Assembly: GCA_051362555.1 (NCBI GenBank)
Contig: CM120646.1
Location: 2,480,001 to 2,544,000 of the forward strand
Direction of reading: 5' to 3'
Origin: Lingula anatina
Taxonomy: Eukaryota; Animalia; Brachiopoda
Length of the DNA stretch: 64,000 bases
A model generated the notes under the pieces. It ran no database searches. It had not been told where the DNA came from and saw nothing but the letters and a program-made list of their open reading frames with translations. Below are positions 29,301-40,652 of the stretch, piece by piece; position 1 is the stretch's first letter; the number at the start of each line of letters is the position of its first letter. The position numbers were made by a program, and so were the translations under genes.

Positions 29301-32300
29301 AAAGTTGGATCCATAGCTATATCCATAGCTACATGTATATCCCTCCCCCGCAGTGACCCTGGTCGAGCTCGCCATTATGTAGGGGTCCATGTTCCACCCT
29401 ACCCAGGTTCTTCTAATATTTTACTTGTCACTGATGCTTGGGAGAGGGAATATAGCCACAGACTCACATATTCGGTTCCAAGTCTAAAAGTCCCTTTATT
29501 AAGTCCAAGCATTCAGCCTTTATACACATTATCTCCAGAGAATCTATCTGCATGCCACAGTGGCAGAAACTCATTTAAATACTAATTGCAATGCAATAGA
29601 TAACAATTGAGGGCTTCTACTTTTAAGTTACATCAGTTCTACTTATCAGGTATACCTATACAGAGGATGATAAATATTCATTCAAGACTGAAGTAAGGTG
29701 AATGATAATATGCTGACTGATTACAAGTATAAACATAATATGTAAATGAGTGATTTCATCACATGCATTTAGTGGACCTTAACAGCTGGTTTGTAGAGTG
29801 TGTCATACTTAGCGTTGAGGTGAATTCAGAAATGATAATTTCGTTGGGAATCCTCAACACATAAAGAAGGTTTATTTGTTTTCTTGATGAAGAAAGAAAG
29901 GGGATATTTATTGTTCATTACCAACATAAGACCAGTACATGTCATGTTGAAAATGTTATAACTGCTTCATCAATTGTAAAATAAAGCTCCAAGTCATACG
30001 CTCATAACGAGAAAATAACACGAGTTCTGTTGGACAAAACTGAACCTTGTAAACATGCTCAGTTTTTGTTGCTGTTGAAATTTGCCACAAATTTAATGTC
30101 TGCAACACGTAATTATTGAAATACTTACCTATAACGTTATGTTTTCCAGCTAAGGTTAGATAACTCCAACTCGGCGCCTTCTTCCACATATTTTACGACC
30201 GGGAGCACGTTGCGTGTCTATCTGGTCAAGACCTATTCCTCCAGCACTGGCTACAGTTTTGAGTTCAGCGTGTGGAGACACACCGGTACTTCAACCACCC
30301 TGGGGACTCTGTCGCGTAAGTATATATATGTTTGAGATAATACACTGTCACCCGAGCGATATATGCCACAACACCTCGAGCGTCAGCGAGAGGTGTTCAT
30401 GGCATTTATCGCGAGAGGGTGACAGTGTATTATTTGACATACACACCGAGAAAAAATACAGTCATTTCATCCTAAAACACCCCTAAAACCGAATAAAGTG
30501 CCCCTATATCACGCTCTAGAGATGTTATACGGAATAAACTCGTCCACGTGCGCTGGTCAACTCCCGCCAAATTCTTACGTAATGTCTGACCAATTTAGTC
30601 AATTTTTGCTAAATACTTGTCGTGGACGTTCAACCGTCGACACTGACCATGCGCGTGTCAGCTGAGCCACACCTAGCTGGTACTGCTGCGGAAAAAAGGT
30701 CCCAAGGCAAAACCTCTACTATTTAGTGACATTTCTGATAAAAAAGGAGCATCAGACCGGAATAAAGTCAAACTAATTTTTCACAAGTGCAAAGGAGAAA
30801 GAAATTTACTTGTTGGTGATATTTCTGACAACGACGCAGTTTCGGAATATAGTCAAGATCGACGGATGTTTATTACAAGTTCACAGGAGTAATAATTCTA
30901 CGTTTTGGTGACATTTTTTACTACGAGGCGGTTTCGGAATGTACATGTGCTGGTTTTCAGAGCATTTATGTGCTACATGTAATTACAAGTTCAAAGGGGA
31001 AATACATTTGATTTTTACCGATATATCTGATAAAGAGGAAGAATGAACAGCTTAAAAACAAAACGTAAATAACACAACCCTCGTTAAAAAGTTATAGATT
31101 TACAAATAATCTGTATGCACGTGTGGCTTAAATGTATACTAATTCCCGTTTTCAAACCATACCCATATGATATGACTTATTGAAAATGATAGATAATAAT
31201 TATTAAACGTGAAAAGTTTATGCTAATTTAGTTTATGCTAGTTTTTAAGTGTGAGAGATTTTAAATGTCTACTGGTAGGTATATAACGCAAGCAACGTCA
31301 CTATTCTCTTGATGCCAAGAAGGTCACATGATCACACTGTCTTTTGGCTTTCAGTATTTAAGAGACCACGACTGATTTAACCAAGATGTAGTCGTGAAAT
31401 TCTAGACTACATCGAGGTAAAATCCGGGTTTTCCGAGAGACGCTACGCAGAAATGTCGAGTGAAGCGAGACATTTTTGGGTAGCGGCTCGAGGTTGCCCT
31501 CGATCTTCACTGAAGCTTGGCTAAATGGACAGGCTTCAGTGATCATCATATCGCCACGGTCATATAACATCCCTAGGTATGTATATATAAGTACAGAGCA
31601 GGGTTAGTCGTAGTTTTGGGGTCAGAATATGGGACGAATGCCACCTGTACAAAATAATTATGGGGAACGGACGACGGTTCCTAGCGGACTACCATCCCTC
31701 TTACTCGCAGGTGAAGGAATGATTCTAATAACTTCTGCATAGCAGACATCTCTGACAAGGGTGAAAATTGTGTTAAAATATAATAGGTTTGGCATTTCGT
31801 CGACATAACACTTTTTTAAATTAATCTATCCCATGGAAAGAAGGGACAGGTGGGCTCAGTATGAGGTGAATATTGATAATGTCATCTAGTATCATTAAAC
31901 GGATGAATCATCTTGCTCGTTTGTATCTCCATCTAGGTTAAGTTGTATTCATATTTCTTTAAATTTAAATCTTTTAATTTCTTCTTCTTCTTCTTCTTCT
32001 TCTTATTTTTTTATTTATTTTTATTTATTTATTTTTTTTTGAGTGATACATTGATACATTTATTATAATGGTTTATAAATCTTCATTCCCAGTTCCTATC
32101 TCAATGGACGACAGCACACAGTGCGGTACCCAGACTAAGTACGTGAACAGCGGCCAGTACCTGTGGGTGAACGCATGGGCCCCTTCCAACACCTACAGGA
32201 CCTCCACCAGCTCGTGTACCATGTATTTCAGAGCGGCAATCTCCACAGACTACCTGGCGGTCTCCTTCGCTTCTGGAAGTCTTTCCATCTCCAGCAGCTA

Positions 32301-35300
32301 CGTGACGTTGTATTTTTATGACGGGTCCAGCACCTCTAGTACTTTGCTGGTGAGATTTTTTCTATTATACATATAATCTTTGTGTGTGTGTATGTGTGTG
32401 TGTGTGTGTGTGTGTGTATGAGTGTGTGTGTTTGTGCTCGTATCGGCCTAGTCTTAATGAAATAATAAGTTTGTAAATCCTATAAATTTCAGTGTCGCTT
32501 TCATTGTGAATTTTGCCTCGGATCAGACAAAAAAATGATAGCATATTGTTGACGAGCGCTACCAAACATTATTTTAAGGATATCAAAAAAATATGTAGCA
32601 CTTGTAAACATGTATTTATTTTCAAAGAGAAAAATCATAAAATATTGGTTTGGTAAGTGAGGAAATGCATAAGTTAATACAGGAAAATATAAACTGAAAA
32701 ACTTTGCTTATGTGGTTAAAACTGTTTAGTCAGAGCTTTAAGAAACATGAAAGGTGACATATATCATTGTCATTTATATCTCACTTTCACTTTCAGACCA
32801 GCCTCAGCTCTTACGACAGCTCGCCAAGCAGTGCATACTACGCCACAGGGTCCTCCCTGACTGTGTACCTAAGTAACGGCTACAGTTCGTCCATCAGTTT
32901 CAGTTTCCAGGTGTTCGCCACGTCAACTCCAGTCACCACCACTGCCACGCCGTCGTCTTCCAATAGTAAGGTTTTAACGGGTTGACTGAAAACTTTCTCT
33001 CTCTCTCTCTCTCCCTCGGAATGTGCATGTGTGTGCGCGCACGCGTGTGATTGTGTCTGTGAGCTATTAACTTGCTTGTTTTCAAGAAACATGGAAATGT
33101 TTAATGAAAATTGAACAGTATGTACATGTAGAACCGTAGCCAGCAAATTTCTTTTTCAGATATTTGGGACTTTTGTCATGAAACTTTTGTTGACCTAAAT
33201 CAAATTTACCCAGAGTGGACCTTAGCCCAGAAAAAAGGCGGGTTCTTTCTACCCCCCCCCCCCACCCCCCCGAGCTCCTCCCCCCCCTGGCTATACGGGC
33301 CTGTTATGAAACAAATCGAATTGGTTCATTTTTTTCAGCAAACTACCGTTACATGGATGACAGCACGGATGATTGCAGTGACACTATCTACATGAGCGAT
33401 GACCAAACTGAAATCGTCTCTGCTGCGTCGGGTAGCAGCATGTCCTACTCCAGTTCGTCTTACTGCTATTTGTATTTTCGAACCAGAGATAGTTCCGCCA
33501 CAATGAAGGTCAACGTGACTCAACTGAGCCTCTATAGTTATGGCACCCTGAAGTTTTATGACAGCCGTTATACGTCTTCAAGTCTAGTACGTTAATATTT
33601 TTTAAAAGTCTTATTCTAGTGTTGAATTGCCCGAGTCAATTGTTGAAATGCAATTCACGTGAAAAGCCTAATATTCCAGAGGAAGTAAACTTACATATTT
33701 ATCAACTTACATATTTATCTAACTGTATTTGTACATATTTATCTAACAATTACCAGCATAGCTGAGGTACGAATATGTTATTCCGTTGATAAATACATGT
33801 AGATGCAGTTTTTATTCTTGACAATACCCGTATTTTGATATGCGGTATAATACTATAAAATATTTATTTACGTTCATGGGATACTTAGGGCGCATTCAGA
33901 AAAAGTAGATCCGCGGGTCAAATATGGCTGGCCCACTTGAAAGCTTGCCGCATAATCCCCAATAAATTCCCCGCGGGGATCACGCCGCAGGCTTTCAAGT
34001 GGGTCGGCCATATTTGATCCAGGGATCTGTTAGTCTGCAGATCAACTTTAGTACTTATGTACTATGGGCCGGAGGCCTTGAAAAACTGAATAAATTCTTA
34101 TTATATCAACTTTAGTTGTGAATACGGCCATATTCATACCGATTCCAATGTCGATTTTATATTAATCTACACTGTATGTTTTCAGCTGAAGGAGTACAGT
34201 TACACAGATTATGTTGGATCGACCCCTGAGTATTTCTACACATCGGGGCAGTATCTTTCCGTGAGGCTTTACCGTAGCTCCTCCTCCAGCCATCGCTTCA
34301 CTTTCAAGGTGTCAGTTGGTAAGTGTACCTACTTCCGCTTCCTGTCCTCTCAGACTGGGTTCCCATCCCTAGTTCGATCTAACAGGATCGGTCCATCTCC
34401 ACGGGGTCTCTCGCTAAATTGCTTTCAGACCAAACGGCTTATATGTCTGGGACTGAAGCTGCTAAGGGATAGTTAATTACAACTCTCAGCTTCAGCAGGC
34501 GTGACAGACATCGGAGCCGCCCAAGTTAATTGCAATTAAGCGAGAATCCCCTTCGATCCAAAGTTGGTACGATAGGGTCTGGGAATGTTCTCTCAGACCA
34601 TCTGCCAGTCTCAAATTCCTTACTGTTGATTGCCTTAAAATGTCTCTTGGTTTCTAGAACAAAAATCGGGCCTTAATGACTGGCTTATGGTCGACAAGGC
34701 AGTTTGATATCGACAGTGTACAGGCTCGTAGCTAGCAATTTCAAAAGGGGGGTTCTTTTTCTGAAAAAGTGAACCTTTTCCCATAAAAACTTCATGTACC
34801 TAGATCAAATTTTACCCAAAGTGGACCTTTTCTCAGCAAAAGGGCAGTTCTTTCGAATCCCCCGAACCCCCTGGCTACGGGCCTGGTGTAAATCAAAGCA
34901 ATGGCAAATGTAAAATTATTGAAAATATCTTATCTTTGTGTGAATGAATTCAAAACAGTGGAGTTATCTTTTGACATAAACATGATGCTGTCGTCTTGTG
35001 AGAAAATCATGGTGGCTGGTCATTGAAGTATGCAAATAATTTGTGTATTTTTCCTGTAGTATTTTTTCACCAGACAGTTTTTCCCCCTCTGACAAAGCTT
35101 AGCTTTTAAAACTCATCAATAGATGCATCATTCATGTTTATGCAGAAAATCTGTGATGTTTCTAGAGAAGTGTTCTTTTAAAATACGCTCAAGTTTGACG
35201 ATGTTACTTCCAGGAATTAGATATCTTATTCTTTTGCACTATATTTTAAATAATAAAAATTGTCATTTATTTCAGTTCCATCGGGTTTGTCAGACGGTGC

Positions 35301-36214
35301 CATAGCGGGCATCGTTATTGGTTCACTGGGTGCCGTGGTTCTGTTAGTGATCGTGATTAAGGTTTGCTCATCATCCAAAAAGTCATCCCCAAGAACCCAG
35401 ATCAGACCGCGTGAGTTTCTTTTCATATACGGTTTGTTTTGTTGAGAGAGAGAGAGAGAGAAAGAGAAAGAGAGAGAGAGAAAGAGGGAAAGTTCGATTA
35501 GACGGGGGATGTGAAAGAGGGCTTTGAGTAATAGGATGTTTGGGACTGATGCTTATCGAATATGTATAATAAAAAGTACTCTGGGAATATTGTTGGCATT
35601 AAGAAACCCATTTTGGGTCTGTCTTCCAGAGTATCCGCCCCTCCACCCTACTTACAAGTTGTTTTCACCATAAATAATTTCAGTGAGCCAATTTTGCTGT
35701 TTTTTTTTTTTTTTGTTTGTGTAAATATTTCTTCACCTGCAGGTATTTCTTAGATTTAAAAACGCCCAGGTAAATTATACGATACACTAGAACGCCATTG
35801 ATCGTTTGTATAATTTTTTCAAAATGTGATCGTATGTCTTTCGTAGATAACACACGCAATCTCACCACCACTGCCTCGACGGTCAACTACACCACCACCT
35901 CAGGACAGATGGGAATGCAAACCCAACCGTATGGCGGATTTGCCTCTCAGGGCCCCGCCTACCCCCCGCCGTCACAAGCTTATGGACCAACCACATCCAT
36001 GGACTCCGCCTACCCCCCGCCGTCACAAGCTTATGGACCAGTCACATCGCTAGACCCCGCCTACCCTCCGCCTTCACAGCATTTCTCCGCCCCTCCACCT
36101 TCTTACACGGATGCTACTGGAGGTGATGGCCTATACGCCCCGCCTCCGCCACCGCCTTCGTACTGCTCAACGCTCAATCAAACAGACTCTGCATACAAAC
36201 CTGGGTTTTCGTAG
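26397..36214 (+). CDS. Type I membrane protein: signal peptide, three Ser/Tyr/Thr-rich CUB-like domains, TM helix, Pro-rich PPxY tail; 9 exons, 595 aa
   Basis: Exons 26397-26457, 26812-27062, 30150-30315, 32093-32349, 32797-32965, 33339-33586, 34186-34318, 35276-35410, 35847-36214 (1788 nt in frame). Signal peptide MAAIWWRAFSLLLLSAIAVEG. A two-exon unit occurs three times (MD..C...C.L.F....L.FYDG / Y.TG..L.V.L....FSF.V), typical of divergent CUB folds. TM GAIAGIVIGSLGAVVLLVIVI. Tail has AYPPPSQ x3 and PPSY x2. Confidence 0.85.
26528..26722. repeat. Degenerate ~54-bp minisatellite, ~4 copies
   Basis: Recurrent AAAATTATATTGAAAACCCGTAGAGTTTGAAAGAAACCATG in intron 1 of the CUB-like gene. Confidence 0.75.
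27253..29784 (-). mobile_element. Non-autonomous LTR retroelement (Gypsy-type hallmarks), full length, recent insertion
   Basis: Two 407-bp direct repeats (27253-27659, 29378-29784), apparently identical, with TG...CA ends. 4-bp TSD GCTG (27249-27252 / 29785-29788). Minus-strand PBS TGGCGAGC at 29374-29367, 3 nt inside the 5' LTR. PPT GGGAAAAGAAGGAA next to the 3' LTR. AATAAA inside the LTR on the minus strand. Confidence 0.93.
28338..29390 (-). CDS. Intact 350-aa (345 aa from the second Met) acidic ORF carried by the LTR element; no recognisable Gag/Pol domain
   Basis: Longest ORF in the window. Extremely D/E-rich, with a short helical-looking segment LVECLSKLADLLQRQ and a basic/aromatic C-terminus. 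No CCHC knuckle, D(S/T)G protease, YxDD or integrase motif seen. Confidence 0.6.
   Translation of the reverse strand: MDPYIMASSTRVTAGEGYTCSYGYSYGSNFEDEYVYEDDDWDSEKDYNINGRLVECLSKLADLLQRQYGCLDQQNNEISAESEIKPEEEVKDRNQSKVDGPSEMERGTEVETLSTAKEDECMLEFVMEQVVGEENDGNELSKDIVIENDQEEEKGTDFEKGEKCERHVEKEQELGLKTDDDDDDDNKFIGSESKMGELKYDEKLAVEDNVLTDNVKSANEGLDNDDPQFEEKHAVNKRAVTDFENYAHEGLTDERMGMDFSNFKDTDRDKLTEVEMKQSAGEVVKVVENEDKQGSDTENVCENTKEWTGVKWDFNRDNRKVQRKFMAEKLKWTLLPHCKLRYDFFYSVKG
30321..31590. mobile_element. ~1.27-kb non-autonomous element with a long subterminal hairpin (Crypton-like; tentative)
   Basis: Hairpin 30337-30433 (ATAATACACTGTCACC...CTCGAGCGTCAGCGAGAG...GGTGACAGTGTATTAT). Small CGAGG..CCTCG stem near 31490. 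TATATATA runs at both ends and a CpG-rich interior. The family assignment is from recalled architecture only. Confidence 0.45.
34350..34560. mobile_element. Palindromic MITE family copy (related to 37290-37520; remnant at about 57420-57530)
   Basis: AGACTGGGTTCCCAT.CCTAG.TCGATC...GTCTC.C.CTAAATTGCT is shared, in inverted orientation, with 37440-37520. Confidence 0.65.
34721..34885. mobile_element. MITE, CAGGCCCGTAGCCAG TIR family (copy 2), 5-bp TSD GTGTA
   Basis: Reverse-complement homologue of 12722-12889, flanked by GTGTA on both sides. Confidence 0.85.
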
Positions 36215-36717
36215 GGTGATGTTGCGTCGGGGAGGTCCCAGAATTCGACACAAGAGACGTGTACAGTTAGACCCACACGTGTAAATATTTTCTGCAAATT
36301 AAAATGTGCAGGTAATGTGCATGTGTGCAACACAAAATTGCCGTAGGACTGAAAATGGCTCGAGCGTATGATGTGCCTTATCTGAATGCCCGAGTCCCAT
36401 TCACCGGGGAGTTCCTTCTGTGCCAAATGTTTTCCAGGAGAAGGTCCTGAGACGCGGTCGATTCTAAAGATCTCCATCTTATCTTTATGAGCCACAGTAT
36501 ACATGACAGTCACTAAAGTGAAGAATTGCCTCCAAAAGGACAATATTTGCCTTAAGTACAAGACAAACCAAATGTAATGGCTCGTTTTTATTTATTATAT
36601 CAATTTTGGTGGAAGGGTTCATGTACAAAGTACGTGTTAAAATTTGCTGTAACTATGTCCCTATTATAAAGCTGCAGTTGATGACATTCTGCCCCAAGCC
36701 CCTCTGATTTGTAGGCC

Positions 36718-36952
36718 CTATATACAGTAAAAGTTAACTACACGAAGGCCATGTGTATATTATTACTATATACAGTAAAAGTTAACTACACGAAGGCCAT
36801 GTGTATATTATTACTATATACAGTAAAAGTTAACTACACGAAGGCGTTGTGTATATTATTACTATATACAGTAAAAGTTAACTACACGAAGGACATGTGT
36901 ATATTATTACTATATACAGTAAAAGTTAACTACACGAAGGCCATGTGTATAT
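36718..36952. repeat. 48-bp minisatellite, ~4.9 near-identical copies
   Basis: Unit TATACAGTAAAAGTTAACTACACGAAGGCCATGTGTATATTATTACTA, head-to-tail with no spacers. Confidence 0.95.
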
Positions 36953-37289
36953 TAATCTATCAAAAGAGCAAATGTGTGATAAAACATGTCCAAAACGTCC
37001 AGTGTTATGCCAAATTGTGATCAAATGGCCGCATTCTTATCAGAAGACTAACTCGTCTGCCAATCAGTTATGGCAACCCACTTTTAAGCTTGCCGTTTTA
37101 TCTCCTAATAGACACTGAATAGATTCCCCGCGGCCATTAAAGTATTTTAGTATTTAAGTGGGCCGACCGTATGTGATCCGTGGACTAGTTTGTCCGATGT
37201 TGCGATTGCAGCCTAAAAGTTATGTAAAAGTTTGCGGTGCAGCACCATTACTGCTTAGTTAGCAAGAGTTAGGGACCGTTCTCACAGAT

Positions 37290-37520
37290 ATTTGGACCGA
37301 TCTATCTCCCTGGGGAGTCTCACTAAATTGCTATCAACTTAACCGGCTTAAATGTCTGTCACGCCTAGTTAAGCTGTTAGGGGGTAATTATCTTTAACCC
37401 CTAGCTAATTCGGTAGGCGTGACAGACAATTAAACAGGTTAGTTGACAGCAATTTAGTGAGACTCCCCAGGGACTTAGACCGATCCAGATGGATCGATCT
37501 AGGCATGGGAACCCAGTCTT
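37290..37520. mobile_element. Palindromic MITE
   Basis: CCCTGGGGAGTCTCACTAAATTGCT...TGTCTGTCACGCCTA / TAGGCGTGACAGACA...AGCAATTTAGTGAGACTCCCCAGGG fold-back. Confidence 0.75.
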
Positions 37521-39159
37521 AGTATAGCAGGGAAGCAAGGAGTGATTACCCTCTACCAGGACCACAGATTGATTTTCACTACATATTAACCGATATGTGC
37601 CTGGTGAATTCATGACAATTTTCTCTGCTGTGGCCCTGGTAGAGGGTATTGATTAGCTATGTTTTCCGTGCCTTTTGAGTATTACCACCCTAGCCATACA
37701 TGTAGTACCCAATAGATACATGAATGTTATAACCAGATACTATATTTGTTTATTGACGAGGTTTGGTTGCATTTTTTTTGTCTAAGAATTATGACTTTTT
37801 TAAGCTTGCTGACCATTCGTCATAAAATTCGTGACTCTTAACCCAGTATTATATGTTTTTATATATATATATGTAAAGGAATATGAGTATCTTATAAACA
37901 AGATTTTGTAGGTCTGTTTTAAAACATAAGCGGGATATTTACAATATATAAAACGAAGAGGAAAATTAGTTATCAAAGGAGTGCAAACGTTTGTCAATCG
38001 TGTTGCAAATATATAATCAAATTAAACGTCACTGTGAAATTATTTTGATAATTATAATTCTTCGCAAGACTTGAAGTGTGTGTAATGTGTATGCTTCGTG
38101 CCCGGGCGATGCTGCCAACGTTGGCCTCTCAAAATGTGTAGATAATATAATGTATGTCGTCTTTCACGCAGTGAACGATTTTATAAGCCGTAAAAACAAA
38201 GAGAATGTGTACGTAAAATACGTGAAATACGCGTAAGTGCATCGTGCTGGTATTCCTGTTAAAGGCATTTTACCCAGCTTAATACATAAGCCAGACTTAC
38301 TAAAATAAGTGATCTTTTTTTTTATCAAACCATGAAATAAATATATGACAACAGGTAATATCTGAAAAAAATATTCGAAAGAAAAAAACATTTTCGTCAA
38401 ACCACACTGCATAAATATACATATTGAAACAGGTATTGTACATTATATACTGTATATTCCGTACAAGCGTTTGTGATAAACGTGTCATAATTTTACATGT
38501 GACAACAATGGATACCAGTTTACCAGTATTCTATTCTTCAATATCGTATTGGAGATTCGTATACAGTATTAACGTAGTCATTATCAAGGATATACCTATT
38601 AACTGGAAGTCAAGATATCTTTAAATATTAAAATCTTAAAAGAAACATTTGTCCACTGTAGTAATTGTGTCACACATATAGTTTTGTAATAAAGTGTAAT
38701 TGACTACCATGAAATCAATCTCTCACTTTTTGTCAAGATCTTTGAGGAGTTGAATTAATTCCACCAGATCCAGTTGAGGTCAAATTACCGTTTCGAATAG
38801 CATAACGTAAAGAAATACCAAATGATATTTGAACGCATATTTTCTGCTTTCTTTCTGTATATAAACCTCTGGCGTTTTCGGTACCTCATTTATATAACTG
38901 TGCGCTTCAGTTATGTGCCTCGCATTAGGACATACTACATGTATACTTATACGTCAGTCTGATGGATGTGTACGAATTAACTGGGGGCAGGGATAAATAG
39001 GTTAATTAACGAAGGATAAGTAGGTCAATTAACGACATCTTCTTTAAAGAAGACGCAGTTATTGTTGACCAAGTGATTAGTTTTGTTTATGTCTTCGAAA
39101 GGCGGCATCATTTGAGTCGTATCAGAAAAAGAAAGTAAGATTAGTTTACCGGTATATCC

Positions 39160-39990
39160 CCCTGTGTACCATGAAAATGCAACTCCCCAGTCAGATTTTC
39201 ATAATGAAAATGTGTATCCCCTTATGAAATTTTGACTCCCCCCCCCCCACAAAACTTCTAAGTTTATTAAAATAAATGTTATTTTATTTGAGTATATGAC
39301 TTTTATGTTGCAGTATGCATAATGGAGGATACATTGGCAATTTTTGTTAGTTTGCAGGTGAAAATTTAATGATAAAATAAGAAAATTAAAAAAATGTATA
39401 TTTTACCACCCAATGACTCCCCCTTGAAAAGGCTATTTAATATTTGATGTTTGGTGATCATTTCAACATCTTTCCCGTAAATATCATTATGAAGGATATA
39501 TTGGAAGTATTTGAAAGTTGGTGGTAAAATATTGGGTGCAAAAATGAAAATTCATGAAAAATCTTCATATTCATACCCATGGGATTTGGACTACCATGAA
39601 GAAAAGGCCCTATTTTATATTGAGTCACCATACCATTGTTTCCACATGGTTTGCATTGTGACATATTTTGTTAGTATTTGAAAGTTTGGTGGTGAAATTT
39701 TGGTGAAAATTGATAACTTTTTTAACAAGTATTAATCTTACTTCCTGTACGATTTGGACTCACATAGCCTTTTCAAAGGGTCATTGGGTGGAAAAATACA
39801 CATTTTTAATTTTCTCATTTTTTATGAATATTTTCAAAAAGTGCAAATGTATCCTCCATTATGCATACTACAAGATATAAGTTATAAATACTCAAATAAA
39901 ATATGATTTATAAAGTTTTTTGAGGGGGAGTCAAAATTTCATGGGGGAAGTCAGATTTTCATGGGAGTCAGATTTTCATGTTACACCTGT
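39160..39990. mobile_element. Foldback-type non-autonomous DNA element with ~270-bp imperfect inverted arms
   Basis: 39160-39440 (ATGAAATTTTGACTCCCC..TATTTGAGTAT..GTATGCATAATGGAGGATACATT..CCACCCAATGAC..GAAAAGGCTAT) mirrors 39760-39990. Confidence 0.75.
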
Positions 39991-40138
39991 ACCGAACGAT
40001 ACAGAGAATCATATGTAACTTTGAGTTTGCAACATTATGTAAGGTAAAGAAGCACCTGTTTAATTATATGATCATAATAATAATTTTATTGAGCACAGAT
40101 ATGTTTTACATTAAAGGCTCTCCAACAACCTCAAGTAA

Positions 40139-40197
<59 letters not shown>

Positions 40198-40369
40198 CTA
40201 TATAACATACATTATAAGGCAATTCAGGTATATACAGCTGTATTTGACGCCATCATTTGCGTTTTAAGATATACGTATTAAAAACTTAGCTATAGCAGTC
40301 ACAATCTGCGCAGAGGGTGCTGTAATGATGATTGACCTTGTTTGGTCCCTTGTTGATCAAGGTTTGACA

Positions 40370-40652
40370 TAAAGTGCGCAGAATGTCTTAGAAACAGGTC
40401 AAGCACCTTGTTTATCACGTTGCACCCCGTCACACCTTGTTTACCACGTTATAATCGCGATTTTAGACACGGCCTATTTATAGTTTGCCGCATTATATTA
40501 GGGGAATCCCCTTAAATACAGTGTAGAGATCTGGGCAGAAAAACGTACCGGTATAATAGAATTCCTGCCAGTTACTTCCACAAGACCTTAAAAATAGTAA
40601 CAAAACTTTGACTCTCGATATCTTTTTTATACTTTGGGACTGTTTTATCTCA
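40370..40652 (-). promoter_or_regulatory. Orphan duplicate of the kB-TATA promoter module at 48140-48389
   Basis: Shares TAAAGTGCGCAGAATGTCTTAGAAACA, CCTATTTATA (TATAAATA on minus, 40475-40482), AGGGGAATCCCCTTAAATA (kB site 40501-40511) and TTGACTCTC..CTTTGGGA..TTTATCTCA with 48140-48389. Confidence 0.65.

Noticed and set aside
36718-37020. Regular repeat array and its 89-aa repetitive ORF (possible CRISPR or repeat protein)
   Set aside because: Units are head-to-tail with no unique spacers, there are no cas genes, and the context is eukaryotic. The ORF is a by-product of a 48-bp unit lacking stops in one frame.
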